From the NCBI RefSeq assembly GCF_006345805.1, contig NC_043000.1, positions 107,880,001 to 107,944,000 of the forward strand: a stretch of DNA of 64,000 nt, read 5' to 3'. Positions 51,365 to 64,000 of the stretch are shown here, piece by piece (position 1 is the stretch's first letter; every line of letters starts with the position of its first letter). The DNA is from Octopus sinensis (taxonomy: Eukaryota). The position numbers were made by a program, and so were the translations under genes. A model generated the notes under the pieces. That model worked only from the letters and a program-made list of their open reading frames with translations. It was not told the DNA's origin and searched no databases.

Positions 51365-52250
51365 TGTTACGGTTAGACAAAATTAAGACAGAAATTATAA
51401 CGTACAAGTTAGTTAATAATTCAATTATGTTCATGAAAGAATTATTTATTGCAAAAACTCACATCTAAGGCTGCTCAAAGCCGTTATAGTAAATCAGAAT
51501 TCAAAGCATAGAGCTGTTATAATATAGTTCTGTCCACGTTACAAGCCGTCATAAAGCATTAGGATTCAAAGCGCAGAGCTGTTACAAATACATTTCTGTT
51601 TGTCAGCCCTTCTTGATTAAAAATCCAGTGTTAGAGACCGAAGTTGTCAATTTCATTGGTCCATCGTGAATCGTCAATTTGCGATCAAAACATAAAGGTC
51701 ATTGTTTACTGTTCAAGTTGTTAGTAATTGTAGTAGGTAGATAGAGACAGCGAAATAAAGGAGAAAGACAGAATGATGCCAACGCTCTGCCGGTCATTTT
51801 AGCAACACTGGAGAAAGACAGAATGACACTTGTCATTCTAAAGTGAGCTAGTGAAAGTTATAAACATTAGTCGTTCATGGTGGTAGTCGTCTTCATTTCT
51901 CTTCAACTTCTTTCACTAACTCCTCCAGCTTACGGGATCTTAGTATTTATAACTATCGTAAAAGGGAAAGACAGAGAAACATGTTTCCAAGACCAATGGG
52001 AAACTGCTTTAGGTAACTTTATTTAATTTCATCTCTTGTTGACATAGAAAGTTCAAAAGGTTAAGTGGAGAATACATAAATTGGCTTGGCATAGGCCATC
52101 TGTTGAGTGTCTCAGCTGTCAACTATCGTACTTTCATGTGAAAATACCGTCATAACTTAAAGGGGAAATCCATCGATTCAGGTTCGAATCTACATGCTCA
52201 AGCGAAATCCACTATTTTTCTTTCTTCCCAAGGAAAACACATGCGTAACA
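51365..52250 (-). mobile_element. solo LTR (886 bp)
   Basis: TGTTACG...CGTAACA termini, ATAT 4-bp TSD, minus-strand TATAAATA (~51945) and AATAAA (~51445), internal ~65-bp tandem repeat. Confidence 0.82.
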
Positions 52251-52274
52251 ATATAGGTATATATATAAATATAA

Positions 52275-52323
<49 letters not shown>

Positions 52324-52409
52324 TCATATGATTGGAAGCTGACCAAGTATTTAATTTCGCTATTATCTTCTAATAATGTATGATGCTGACAAAATAAGTG
52401 GTTTCTGAA

Positions 52410-52615
52410 TTAGGCACAGGGCAAGCAATTTCGAAGGGAAGGCATCGGTTGATTCCATCGACAGCGGTATTCAGTTAGTACTTATTTTATCGAACCTGAA
52501 AAATTGAAACGCTAAGGCCACTTCGGCTGGTTTTGAACTGAAAACGTTAGCGTTGAATAGAATGTCGAGGAGCATTTTCTCCGGTACACTAATGATTCTA
52601 CCTACTCGCTGCGTT
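52410..52615 (-). mobile_element. decayed SINE family B
   Basis: ttaggcacaggg...tttgaactg...ctcgctgcgtta. Confidence 0.6.
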
Positions 52616-52645
52616 ACATGGATGTGATTATTGGTGCACAAAATA

Positions 52646-52866
52646 AAGCGGTGAGCTGACAGAATCGTCAACATGCCGGGCGAAAGGCTTAGCAGTATTT
52701 CATATGTCTCTATGTTCTGAGTTCAAATTCCGCCGAGATCGACCTTGCCTTTCATACTTTCGGTTCGATTAAATACGTACTAGTCAAGTGCTGGGGTCGA
52801 TGTAATCGACAAGTCCCCCCCCCCAGCAAATTTTAGGCCTTGTGCCGATACTAGAAAAGATTATTA
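52646..52866 (+). mobile_element. SINE family B, full length
   Basis: aaagcggtgagctgacagaatcg...gagttcaaattccgccgag...aggccttgtgcc..tagaaaagattatt. Confidence 0.88.
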
Positions 52867-54276
52867 ATGCACATAATTATGTTAGGGAATGAATAATTGA
52901 TAAACGCGAAGAAATGGGACATTCAGGCAAAGAGGGTGACTAGCAAAAAGAACTTTGCTATACAATTTGTTAGCAGAACTGCAAAATATTTCAGAATTAT
53001 CGAAAGTTTAGGGTGTAACTCCTTATTTGAAAAGGAAATAATCAAATAACGTAAACTACAAAAAAAAATCGCCATTTTTTTTCCCTTATTAGAAAGTTAT
53101 TTTTTCAAATACATCAGATAGATTTTCCAAAGTTGAATGGTAGGGGAAAATCTTTCCCATGATTGAAATCACTGTCTATCGAGTTCACAATAAAAGATTC
53201 TTATTTATAAAAATAGAGACCAAAAAATTAAAAAAATCTGATTTACAAAAAATAAATTTATTTCATTTCTATAAATAATTAAAATTCAATATTACACTGT
53301 TGAGATACTTTAAGATTAAACTACATATATGTAATTGGATAATTTAAAAACGTTTGTTACTATGAAGAAAATACGAAGACAGAGAAACACAGAAAGCTTT
53401 AGATACACATGCATACACTCATATATTTTTGTGTATTTATGAGTGTGTATGGCTGTCTGTAAATAAGTATGTAATTATATATATTAAAAATACAAGAAAT
53501 TGGAATAATTGTTAGGCAATCGGATAGAGTGCCTTGCGATATTTGATCCGATTATCTGCAATTCGTGTTCAATTCCTGTCGTGGTCAACATTGCCTCACA
53601 TTCTTTCGGGACTGATAAAGAAGTACTGATCAAGGGTGATTGATTGGACGTCTATTTCTAACCGAGCTAAATATTTGCGATGTTTATTCCGACTCTTTGA
53701 GTTCTGACTTCATATTTCGTTTAACAAAAACGGTGGGGCACGCTTAATCACACTACCACCTTCATATAATGCGGCATGGTACATTAAGGCACCTGTAGCA
53801 TAGTCCCTTCAGCTAAAGTCACCTTAAGTCTTTGTAACAGAAACCTCTTATGGACAATTTCCTTCTTCTCGCCTACCAGCCTCCAGGGCCAGGTTTGTTC
53901 AATGACGGTTGACCTACGCCTAACAACATCGCAATATTAAGCTTTAAAATACCTTATTCAACGTATTTCAAATACCTTTAAGGAAGGTACCGTTTTGTCC
54001 TTGTTATTGTTGTTGCTGTTGATGTTTAGCCCTAATTACGGAAACCTTAAACCGAAAACGTTCCAGCTTCAAGTATTATGTCTTATTTTCTTATATATTT
54101 ATATATTCTTTATATGTCTCAACATCCAGTATCCTGTAGACATTGAGAGCTAATGATAATTTTTATTTGCAAGGTTTGGAACCAGTAATGATTCAAAATC
54201 TTTCATGTTTGTAGCAGTTGCAGCTCCTTTTCATCTAAGAGGACAGGAGAAACTTAAGATGAAGCGCCTTGTTCAC

Positions 54277-54377
54277 TGACTCAGCACGCCGGGTGATTCG
54301 GGGAATCTAAGCCACGATCTTAAAAATTCCGTGCCCAACAGCCTTATCGCCTGATGACGGGTTTTCTCATATAAATA
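54277..54377 (+). promoter_or_regulatory. possible promoter (AP-1 site, CRE half-site, TATA)
   Basis: TGACTCA at 54277-54283, TGACG at ~54354, TATAAATA at 54370-54377, in repeat-free sequence. Confidence 0.2.
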
Positions 54378-54942
54378 CAAACAAACATCTGTTTAGGTTG
54401 TAGCAGATCGCTAACAAACTACGACCAGTAATCTCATAACTGCAACTTCACTGAACACTGGTTATTTTCTTCATTTATTTGAAGAGCAGATTTAAGCAAA
54501 ATATAACATGCAATACAATATCGTTATTTGTTTAATACATTGATCACACTTTACATGTTTTGATTGCTTTCTCACTCGGATTATTGAAAGGTTTTAGAAG
54601 AATTTATCTGATTTTATCATATACTACAATGCTTCAAACAAATTTCAATAATCTTTTATATAAGCGTGAGGCTACGTAGGTCCCAATTTCACAACTAAAC
54701 ACCTGTGCGGGACTTATCTTTCAATGAAAACGTCTAAGTATCGTAAAATTATCTGATATAGTCTGTAAATACGGGTAGGTTCGAGTAGTACTTCTCATCT
54801 TGTAGGGCTTAGATTTTCTCTATCAGGAGGAAAGAAGTCAACACCACTAGAATGGAAAGTACCCACCATGGAAAAGACATATTCCTTGCTCGTAAGAATG
54901 AAAATAACAAATTAGCATTTGGGTATATATACATACATACAT

Positions 54943-54995
<53 letters not shown>

Positions 54996-56493
54996 ATCTT
55001 ATTGCCTGTATGCAATACTCAAAATATATTTAGGCATATAAATCGGATACCTCGATTTTATGTTTCTGTCTGTCTGTAAATATAACATATAAATGATTGT
55101 GTTCGTGTGTATGTTTGCATCAAATATTGAATATATGTGTTTATACGCTTAATAAGTACTAACGCACGAAACTCACGTCCCTTCATTTCTTCTGTTGCTT
55201 CTAAATAGTGATAAAAATAGATATGCTCCTGTATGTTTTTTTGCATGTAAATGTGTTTTCTCGGGTCACATTTCCTCCTTGAATAGGAATGACACGTTTT
55301 CTTCTCTCTCTGTCTCTCTCTCTCTGTCTCTCTGTCTCTCTCTCTCTCTCTCTCTCACTATTCCTCATACTGCTCTTTTTCTTTTCTCATTTTTCGTTTG
55401 ACGGAGCATAATAGAAATAGATTAAATAGGAAAAAACTTACCAAACCAAATAAATTATATTTAGAAATAATAATAGAAATAAAAATAAAAGGCAAAACAT
55501 CCACATCAACAACAACAATAACAGCAATAACAACAGCAACAACAATGACGATGCCAGCAACAAGGACAATACTTCCGCCAGAATTTACTCAAACAGGAAT
55601 CACTTGATGTTTGTGAGAAAATATTTCATCATTTGGCGTTGATCGCTGTTGGACGAATAGTGTTTTGGCATGTTGACCATTCACAAGAACATGTATGTAG
55701 ATTTGGTGAAAATAAATAACTAAAGCAAGAACAAAAATACAAAACAGAAAAAAACAAAAAACAAAGAAGCAAGTAAACGATTCCTGAACGAAAATGTTAC
55801 TTTGTAGTCGTAATGAATTAGCTCTGGGAATATTAACAAGTAATATACAAGAAAACATGGAGTTCCAAGAACCTAATCTGGAAACTGACCAAATCAAACA
55901 ACTGAAGACAGGAATGAGTAAAAAAAAAAGGAATGGAGTAATCGATAAATATGATATAAGAGAATATGAAATTTATTTGCATAGAATTTATATTAAGACA
56001 GTGAATAATATATTACGGGAGATAATTGGTATAATGGTTATTTGTGAGATTTTATTATATGCTGGTGTCAGATTTGTAACAATAAAGAAGCTTTAGTTAG
56101 TGTTGTGATAGTGACAATATGACACTAATACTTAACTACATATATGCAGATATATATATACTTATGTATACATATATACATACATATATATGTATACACA
56201 TATATATATATATATATGTGTGTACATATATGTATATATATATACATATATATGTATACAAATAGGTATATATATATATACATATATATGTATATGTATA
56301 TATATATATACGTATTTATATACACACATATATATACATATATATATATATACATATATATGTATATATATATGTATATATATATAAATGTATCAATATG
56401 TACGTGTGTGCGTGCGCGTGCGATTGTTTGTGGGTAAGTATGAGTGTGCATTTGAATACATATGAATTTTGTGTATTTGTACACACATATTTG

Positions 56494-56526
<33 letters not shown>

Positions 56527-56546
56527 GTATATATATGTATATATAT

Positions 56547-56591
<45 letters not shown>

Positions 56592-57194
56592 TATATATAT
56601 GTATATAGGTATATAGGTGTTTTCAAAATTAACTAACAAGACATGGAAAAAAATGTGTAAATATTTTGTCTAAAACTTAATGAGATATTTAAAAAGTAGA
56701 TATGTCTTCGACATTTCGTGCATAATCTCTCTTTAATCTCGCTCACCAAAGATTAAACTAATAATTACACATCGATCTCACTTTGATTCCTTAGTTTTTA
56801 TTGTCATCTTTAATTTTGAGCATACGCATACAGACAGACAAACAGACAGGCAGACAGATATACACATACACACATATTGATAGATTGATATATAGATGCT
56901 TGAGTGTGTGTGTGTTCACAGTTTATTCCCGATTGTAGAAACCATTAGATCTGTGACACATGAACGCACAAACGCACAAATTATGAGTGATATGTTTATG
57001 CGGCCTCTTTCAGCTGTGAGCGCTAGAAATATATCTGGATAATTAAACTTACGATGGAACGGCGCTCTGTCCAAGGGGAGAAGCGTTGTAATTTCAGTCA
57101 TTTATATGTCATGAAAACATCAGTCTAGCTCTGGCATACTGAATCCCCGGGCATGTTACAGACCTGAACCGAAATCCGCGCCTGCTTATTTTTT

Positions 57195-57775
57195 CTACTC
57201 CAGGCATAAGGCTCAAAATTTTTGGGGAGGGGCACAATCGATTAGATCGACCCCTCTACGCAACTGGTACTTAATTTATCGATGACGAAAGGATGAAAGT
57301 CAAAGTCGAACTCGGTAGTATTTGAACTCAGAACGTGCAGACAGACAAAATACCTATTTCTTTACTACCCACAAGGGGCTAACCACAGAGAGGACAAGCA
57401 AGGGCAGACAAACGGATTAAGTCGATTATATCGACGCCAGTGAGTAACTGGTACTTATTTAAGCGATCCCGAAAGGATGAAAGGCAAATTCGACCTCGGC
57501 GGAATTTGAACTCAGAACGTAGCGGCAGAGGAAATACCTATTTCTTTATTATCCACAGGGGACTAAACATAGAGGGGACAAACAAGGACAGACATAGGTA
57601 TTAAGTCGATTACATCGACCCCAGTGCGTAACTGGTACTTAATTTATCGACCCCGAAAGGATGAAAGGTAAAGTCGACCTCGGCGGAATTTGAACTCAGA
57701 ATGTAACGGCAGACGAAATACCGCTAAGCATTTCGCCCGACGTGCTAACGTTTCTGCCAGCTCGCCGCCTTTCAC
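57195..57775 (-). mobile_element. SINE family B head-to-tail trimer
   Basis: One headed unit then two units starting ggtatt after a taaagaaata tail; ~180-bp period; the last unit has the short tail. Confidence 0.92.
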
Positions 57776-58449
57776 GCCAAGCTTATTCGTCATATTAATT
57801 GACTTAATGAAATGTTTTCGGTTAATAGTATGAAATGACATTGCATTAGGATTATTAATACTGTTTAGAAATATATAAAATATATAAAGAAAGGAAAAGA
57901 TAGAAATAAAGTTGTATCTTTGATATGAAAATTATGGTTCTGTTTTCGTTTCATTGTGAATATGCTTATTGAGAACGCATACAGCAATTTATGCGCCGTG
58001 TTGCACATAAATGTTATAGTTCCGTTTGAGACGAGTAGGAGTAACGTTACTTAGCAATGTTGGATATTTCCATTATGTTCTTCTGTTGATTGCTTTGATC
58101 AGTTTGGATTTAAGGCCGTACCTCAAAGAGATTAAAGTCGGCAGTTTTAAAAGTATATGTCAACGGAACTAGCTTGGATGTTGCATTTGGAGTTGTACGA
58201 CAAAGAAAGCGAATAAAAGGAAATAATTAATTTTCCCACTTGCAAAGTATTTGAGTAAAGCATATTACGCGAGAGAAATGTTCCATTATGTTTAATGGCA
58301 ATTTATTTTATAGAGTATGGACCACATTCGAAGGATGTTCAAATGTAGACCAAATGTAGGATTTGTGTCTAAATTAATAAGACTGTGCATTGTACATTAT
58401 CGCTAGTGTCTTGCTACTTGTGTCTTCTAACTGACCCCGTGTATAATAT

Positions 58450-58695
58450 AGAAGAGATAAAAGTAAAGCGAGTAGCCACAACAAAGTGGCTGATGAATGT
58501 AACTAGTAGTTTAACCCTAGGCCGATCCTCTTGGGGTTAAAGGGTGCAGAACTTGTACCGAAAACTAACTGGCGGAGAATCCACCTGTGGTTAAACTAGT
58601 AGTAAGTAACATTCATCTGCCACTTTGATGTGGCTACTCGCTTTACTGTTTACGGTACTACTCAATCTCTTCTTGAAATAACTAGCTATTTTGCT
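58450..58695. mobile_element. mini-element with inverted duplicate of its 3' part
   Basis: Arms 58450-58516 / 58589-58673 (with indels), 72-bp spacer containing ggugc-agaacuu-guacc-GAAA. Confidence 0.7.
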
Positions 58696-59007
58696 TATAT
58701 ATATATATATTACCGTCATGGTGATTCTTATAGTAGCAGAAAAGGAATTTTAACTCCTATATCTAAATTCGGTATGTGGTGAAGCAATTAGCTCACCCCT
58801 AATTATAATCATGTGGATAATTTAAACCATAAAGGTTGTTTTAACGTACCGATCTACTTGGTATAATTATTGATTAATTGATTAATTATTAATTCAATTA
58901 ATAAATTTTACTTTTTAATTATTAATATATATACATATATGTATATATATATATATATATAATATATATATATAATATAATATATATACACATATATATA
59001 TATATAC

Positions 59008-59067
<60 letters not shown>

Positions 59068-59149
59068 TATAATATACTATTATATATATCATATATATAT
59101 AATACTATATATTATAACATATATATATACACATATATATACATATATA

Positions 59150-59203
<54 letters not shown>

Positions 59204-60101
59204 GTACATGTATTTGACGGGATCGTTTCAGTTTCGGCCTATAAATCCACCTTTATGTTTAATATTTTCTCTTCCTTCTCTGAAGCCAAGAAAACAAATT
59301 GAACTCTTGACTTTCGTCAAGAAATAAATTTTCAAAAGCTTGACATTAATGATGAACCCCCGATGGGGACGAAAGTAGTGTGTAGATAACATTTAACCAA
59401 ATTTTGCCTACCTTTCTTTATTATCACATATTCATATGTACATGAGTACTCACACACAAGTACAGCCCACACATCCACACGCAAAAACACACAAATATAA
59501 ATTCATGTATATATATATATATATAATTGTATCAATAAAAAGGTCTGTGTCTGTGTGTATAAACACACACATGTGTGTGCGTATGTGTGTGTATTGTTTA
59601 ATGTATGCTGTATATAGTTATGGGCTGACAGTTTCATACTTGGAGAGTTGTGTACATTAAACAATAAAGATATCTATCTCATATAGACTGGAGTATTTAC
59701 TTTACTGCTCTTACCCTAACGGATAAGTAAACTATGTATATATATATGTGTGTGTATGTGTGCGTGTGAGTGTGCGCGCATGCGCACGCACATGTGTATG
59801 TGAATTTTCAATTCAGTTTTGTGGTGATTTAAAGGATTTGATGGAAGAAAAACAATGCATTTCCTGTAGCTCGAGGCACTCAATACTCCAATTAATGTGA
59901 GATTTCTTATAGATTCTTATTGTATTGAAACTTACATGCCATGTGACATATCAACACGCATTATTGTGCTTCCATCAGTGCTTCTTTCATATATGCATGC
60001 ATGTATGTATGTATGTATGTATGTATGTAGTTCGTACGTATGTATGTATGTATGTATGTATGTATGTATGTATGTATGTATGTATGTGCCTCTCTGTCTG
60101 T

Positions 60102-60164
<63 letters not shown>

Positions 60165-60530
60165 AACCTCGGTGACTTCATTGACCGAGGTTACCGTGGT
60201 CTTTTCCGTAGGCTTTTCTTTCCACGGTAAACCTCACCTGTCCTCCCCTTTACACTTCATATGGACATTTCTGTGATAACGATCCCTATTGATCAATTTT
60301 TTCCTCTCCCCCCCCTTTTTTTTAACCCCCCCCTTTTTTGTCCTCTTTTCTCTCTCTCCTTTTACGATCCCTTTTGATCGACCCCCCCCCCTTTTTTATT
60401 TTATTTTATTTGTTATTTTATATATTATTATTCTTATTTTTTTTTTTTAAACCTTCAAAAGAAAAGCTCTACCTTGTAATTTGTTCTATCTGTGTGCAGC
60501 CCTGTGTGGCTAATAAAGAAACATATCTAT
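60165..60530 (+). mobile_element. non-LTR retroelement 3' tail fragment inserted in (TATC)n
   Basis: (TATC)n on both sides; ends cagccctgtgtggctaataaagaaaca, similar to the long tail of SINE B. Confidence 0.55.
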
Positions 60531-62291
60531 CTATCTATCTATAAAGTAGTCGTGTATGTGTGTACATACATATACAGCTGCTTTATTTGATGTCTAAACA
60601 ACGATGTTTGTTTCCTTTTTCTACGCCCCAAACAACTCTTTATCTATTAAGCAGAATTTAAACCAATAAAATCAAGGAGAAATACACGCACACCACACAC
60701 ACGCGCACACACAAACACACAGACACACAGACATATATATTTAGATATATGTATGTGTGTATTTTATATTGATTTCTCTAAGTATAAGTGTATATCACAT
60801 AGTTACATAGTCATTTTTTACTATCTTACATTTTTTTTTATTTAGATCATATTTATTTCAGAGCTGTCATTTTTATAACCTCTTGTAAAACGAAGAACAC
60901 CCCAAATTTAATTCACAACACATTTATTTGTCACAATGTTTGAGAATATACAGTGAAGAATACCCTACATTAAGTAAATTTTTTTATGATGAATTAGCCT
61001 TAATTCAGACGTGACATTTGAGTCATTCTTGAAGGTGATATTCACAAGAGGTCTGTGATATTTAACATTAACGGATGACATGCTTTAGTTTATTGAAACT
61101 GTCTACCATTATTGTTTATTTTGATTTTGATACGTTCATTGCACATCAGCATTTCATTGGTTCATTTCGTATGAACCAATGGCATACAAATTTTTGAAAC
61201 ACAGTTCTCCGACACGTAAGTTGTATAATACGAGGTGACTATAGATGTTATTTTAATTTGATTCTATTACGCAAACATTCACGACAGCAATGACATTCGT
61301 GATTCTTTGAAAAAAATCATAATTTTTCTACGAGAGATGTTCGAAGATTTGTGAGCAGCATAATTTATCTATATTGAATGTGTTCATTGTATGTGTCTTT
61401 TGAATTATCATAATTTCTTGGTCAAATAGAGAGAATCAAAGTGTATTGTGAGTTTTTGATTATTCTGTTATTTTAGGGTAAATATCCTAACTATATAAAA
61501 TCGATATGTATTCAAATATAGTGCATTCAGCGAAATCATACAAAAGTAAATAAATAGATAAATAGATAAAACAAAACCCAAAAGAAAAAAGCAAACTATG
61601 ATAAGGTCTAAACTCAGAAATGCTGAAATTTATATGCATACAATATGATATTGTCCAATATAATATAATATAATATATAATAATATAATATAATATAATA
61701 TAACACAATATAATATATATAATAATATAATATATAATATAATATAACTAAGATAATATAATATAATATAATATAATATAATATATATAATATAATATAA
61801 TATGATATAATTTAATATATATATTATAATATATATATATTATATATATAATATATATTATATATAATATATATAGATATATATGTATGTATATTATATA
61901 CATACGTCTTACACATGCACATACACGAACGCGCACATTCTGACATGTATATATATATAAAAGACCTACACAAACAAGCGCCCACATTCAGACTCCCAGA
62001 TAGACGACGCACAAAGAATCATGTCGAAAGATAAGCCATTTAGTCTATTTCTTATTTTCGGTTTGGCAGGAGTATAATCGCTGTAGAGGAAGACGCCATA
62101 GCGTTTTTCAACGCAATTGCTCTCTCTAATTCTGCTTTTCTAGTTCTTCCTTCGGCCTCTGTTTTCCGTTGATCTTTCATCTTCAAATCTCTTGGGAAGT
62201 AAAGTATCCGAAACGTCATAATTATATATTATTTCCAATTCCTCAAACATCAAGTTAATAACATTCACACTCTTGAACACTCTATGCACAC

Positions 62292-62322
<31 letters not shown>

Positions 62323-62789
62323 GGAGAGGAAAAAATAAGGCAGAATGTTAAATTGAAAGTAAATTTTAATAAAAATGGGTGTATGAAAAATTATAAAAGA
62401 AGTCATACAGGCTTTTATTGCAAGGCAAATTTTCAAGATTTGGAATGGGAAAACATTTTTTTAAAATTGAGGAAGGGGAAAAAAAAAGATATCTACAATG
62501 TGTTTCAAAAAAATAACAAATGTATACAAAAATTAATAAATAGTTATACCAATACATTGTAGTGTCTTTATGCTTTTAGAGTTCAATATTAGTCAATGTT
62601 GGCTATACAACAGACGGAAAATAATTGTACATTTACGAATACAAATAAGAAATAATAGAAAGGATCGCTCGACTATTGGACGAACGTGACGTTATGAAAT
62701 AACAATGCAAGTGCAACAGAAAAATAATTATACATATCCAATACATATACAATGCACAAACGTCTTTCGGCTATCATCTTTTTCTTTTT

Positions 62790-63595
62790 CTACTCTTTTA
62801 CTCGTATCAGCCATGCGGCTGCTGTCATGCTGGGGCACTACCGTAGTCTTTCTGATTTCCTCAGTCTGAGGTGTTTCACATCACCACTCCTGTATGTGCT
62901 TTGTCCCAGCTGTTTGGTGTATATGGGAGTTGGATTCCGCTGCCCCCGTCTGTACCTCATGTTGCGTAGTTGGTTCATTCGGTATTCCTTTTTGAAGACA
63001 TCTAATTCCACCTGATGCAGCTTTCTTAATTTTTGTTGCAGTCCATTGAAGAGCTGTGGGCATTTGAACCCTAGACAACTGCAGTACCTGGTCCTGAATT
63101 TCGATGGAGTAGATGGTACCTTTGATACAATACAATGACGGCAAGTTCTGGCATTTGTAAAACACTCAATGCCGAACTTAGGTACTTTTAGATTTTTCCA
63201 TATGCAGATTATTGTACAGCACTCGCGATTTCGCTCCAGGGAGTAAAGTTGCAGTTTTCTCAGCCTGTCCTTGTAGTTCGTCCGCAGCGCTGTTTCAATC
63301 TTTTTAGTGTACTGGCGTTGGACTGTGATAAGCCTAGTACTTATTCTAGCGGTTTCTTTTACCGAACTACAACAGTTGTCAAGTGATGGTGGGGGCACAA
63401 ACAGAGACTCACACACATACACACACATACATACACATACATATATACGACGGTCTTCTTTCAGTTTCCGTCTACCATATACACGCACAAGGCTATAGTA
63501 GAAGACACTCGCCTATAGTGCCACGCAGTAGGACTGAACCCGGAATCTGTGGTTGCGAACCAAACTTCTTACCACTCAGCCACGCCAGCGCCTAA
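62790..63595 (-). mobile_element. SINE family A interrupted by a LINE fragment
   Basis: Head 63595-63335; tail resumes 62845-62790. Confidence 0.8.
62848..63330 (-). pseudogene. CR1/L2-group LINE ORF2 3' end
   Basis: VQRQYTKKI..LRTNYKDRL.KLQLYSLER.RE...IIC.WK; PKFGI; RTCRHC; RYCSCL.F..PQLFN.L...LR; VFK. Confidence 0.85.
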
Positions 63596-63661
63596 TACAT
63601 ATATATATTATATATATATATATATATATAATATAATATATATATATATATACATATATAT

Positions 63662-63724
<63 letters not shown>

Positions 63725-64000
63725 TATTATATATATATATGTCTTTATGTATATGGGGCAGGCTCCTTGCTTCAAGTTCTACTTAGAGTGTGTCAAGTTA
63801 CCGCTAGAAAAACCATGAACCGATTGTCTTACGCCTCCAACATGAAGACAAATGAAAGAGCATTAGGTAAAATGCGTGTATTTTCATATATAATGCGCAG
63901 AAGGGACGCATCGTCATCAATGATGTTAGAAGCTTTGTTGGGTGTTCTCTGACAAAGTATTACTTAGCTAAAAACTTATATTAAAAGTGCCAATAAAAAT

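Noticed and set aside
52410-52866. Head-to-head SINE B pair as another tail-out duplication
   Set aside because: The two copies differ greatly from each other and both retain heads; they are independent insertions.
54345-54375. CTGATGA-C-GGG-TTTT-CTC as a hammerhead
   Set aside because: No GAAA or NUH follows.
55794-56096. 100-aa ORF
   Set aside because: Low-complexity, A-rich, no recognisable motif.
57195-57775. CRISPR-like array
   Set aside because: The units are ~180-bp SINE bodies with no short repeat-spacer structure, in a eukaryotic context.

Overview
AT-rich, microsatellite-saturated eukaryotic DNA, most likely intergenic or intronic sequence from an octopus or related coleoid cephalopod (inferred from the SINE families and the microsatellite load; not database-checked). 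No intact host gene is recognisable, and almost all supplied ORFs are microsatellite artefacts. Contents: at least five tRNA-headed SINE families (my labels A-E), two internally deleted mariners, two TA-flanked MITEs, three to four Helitron derivatives, a Gypsy 3' fragment with LTR, a solo LTR, a CR1/L2-group LINE fragment, and a 5'-truncated Penelope-like element (PLE; RT + GIY-YIG). The strongest unexplained signal is a population of short non-coding elements inserted in (TA)n that carry type-I hammerhead ribozyme (HHR) motifs with palindromic stem III. One motif is fully intact with a branched stem II (45599-45705), one is a minimal U4C variant (48200-48234), and about ten more are near-intact, partial or decayed. 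Seven tail-out inverted duplications accompany them, two of which are made of tRNA-SINEs. This suggests a PLE-driven ecosystem of ribozyme mini-retroelements that may also mobilise SINEs. All folds and alignments were done by eye, and coordinates of decayed repeats are approximate.
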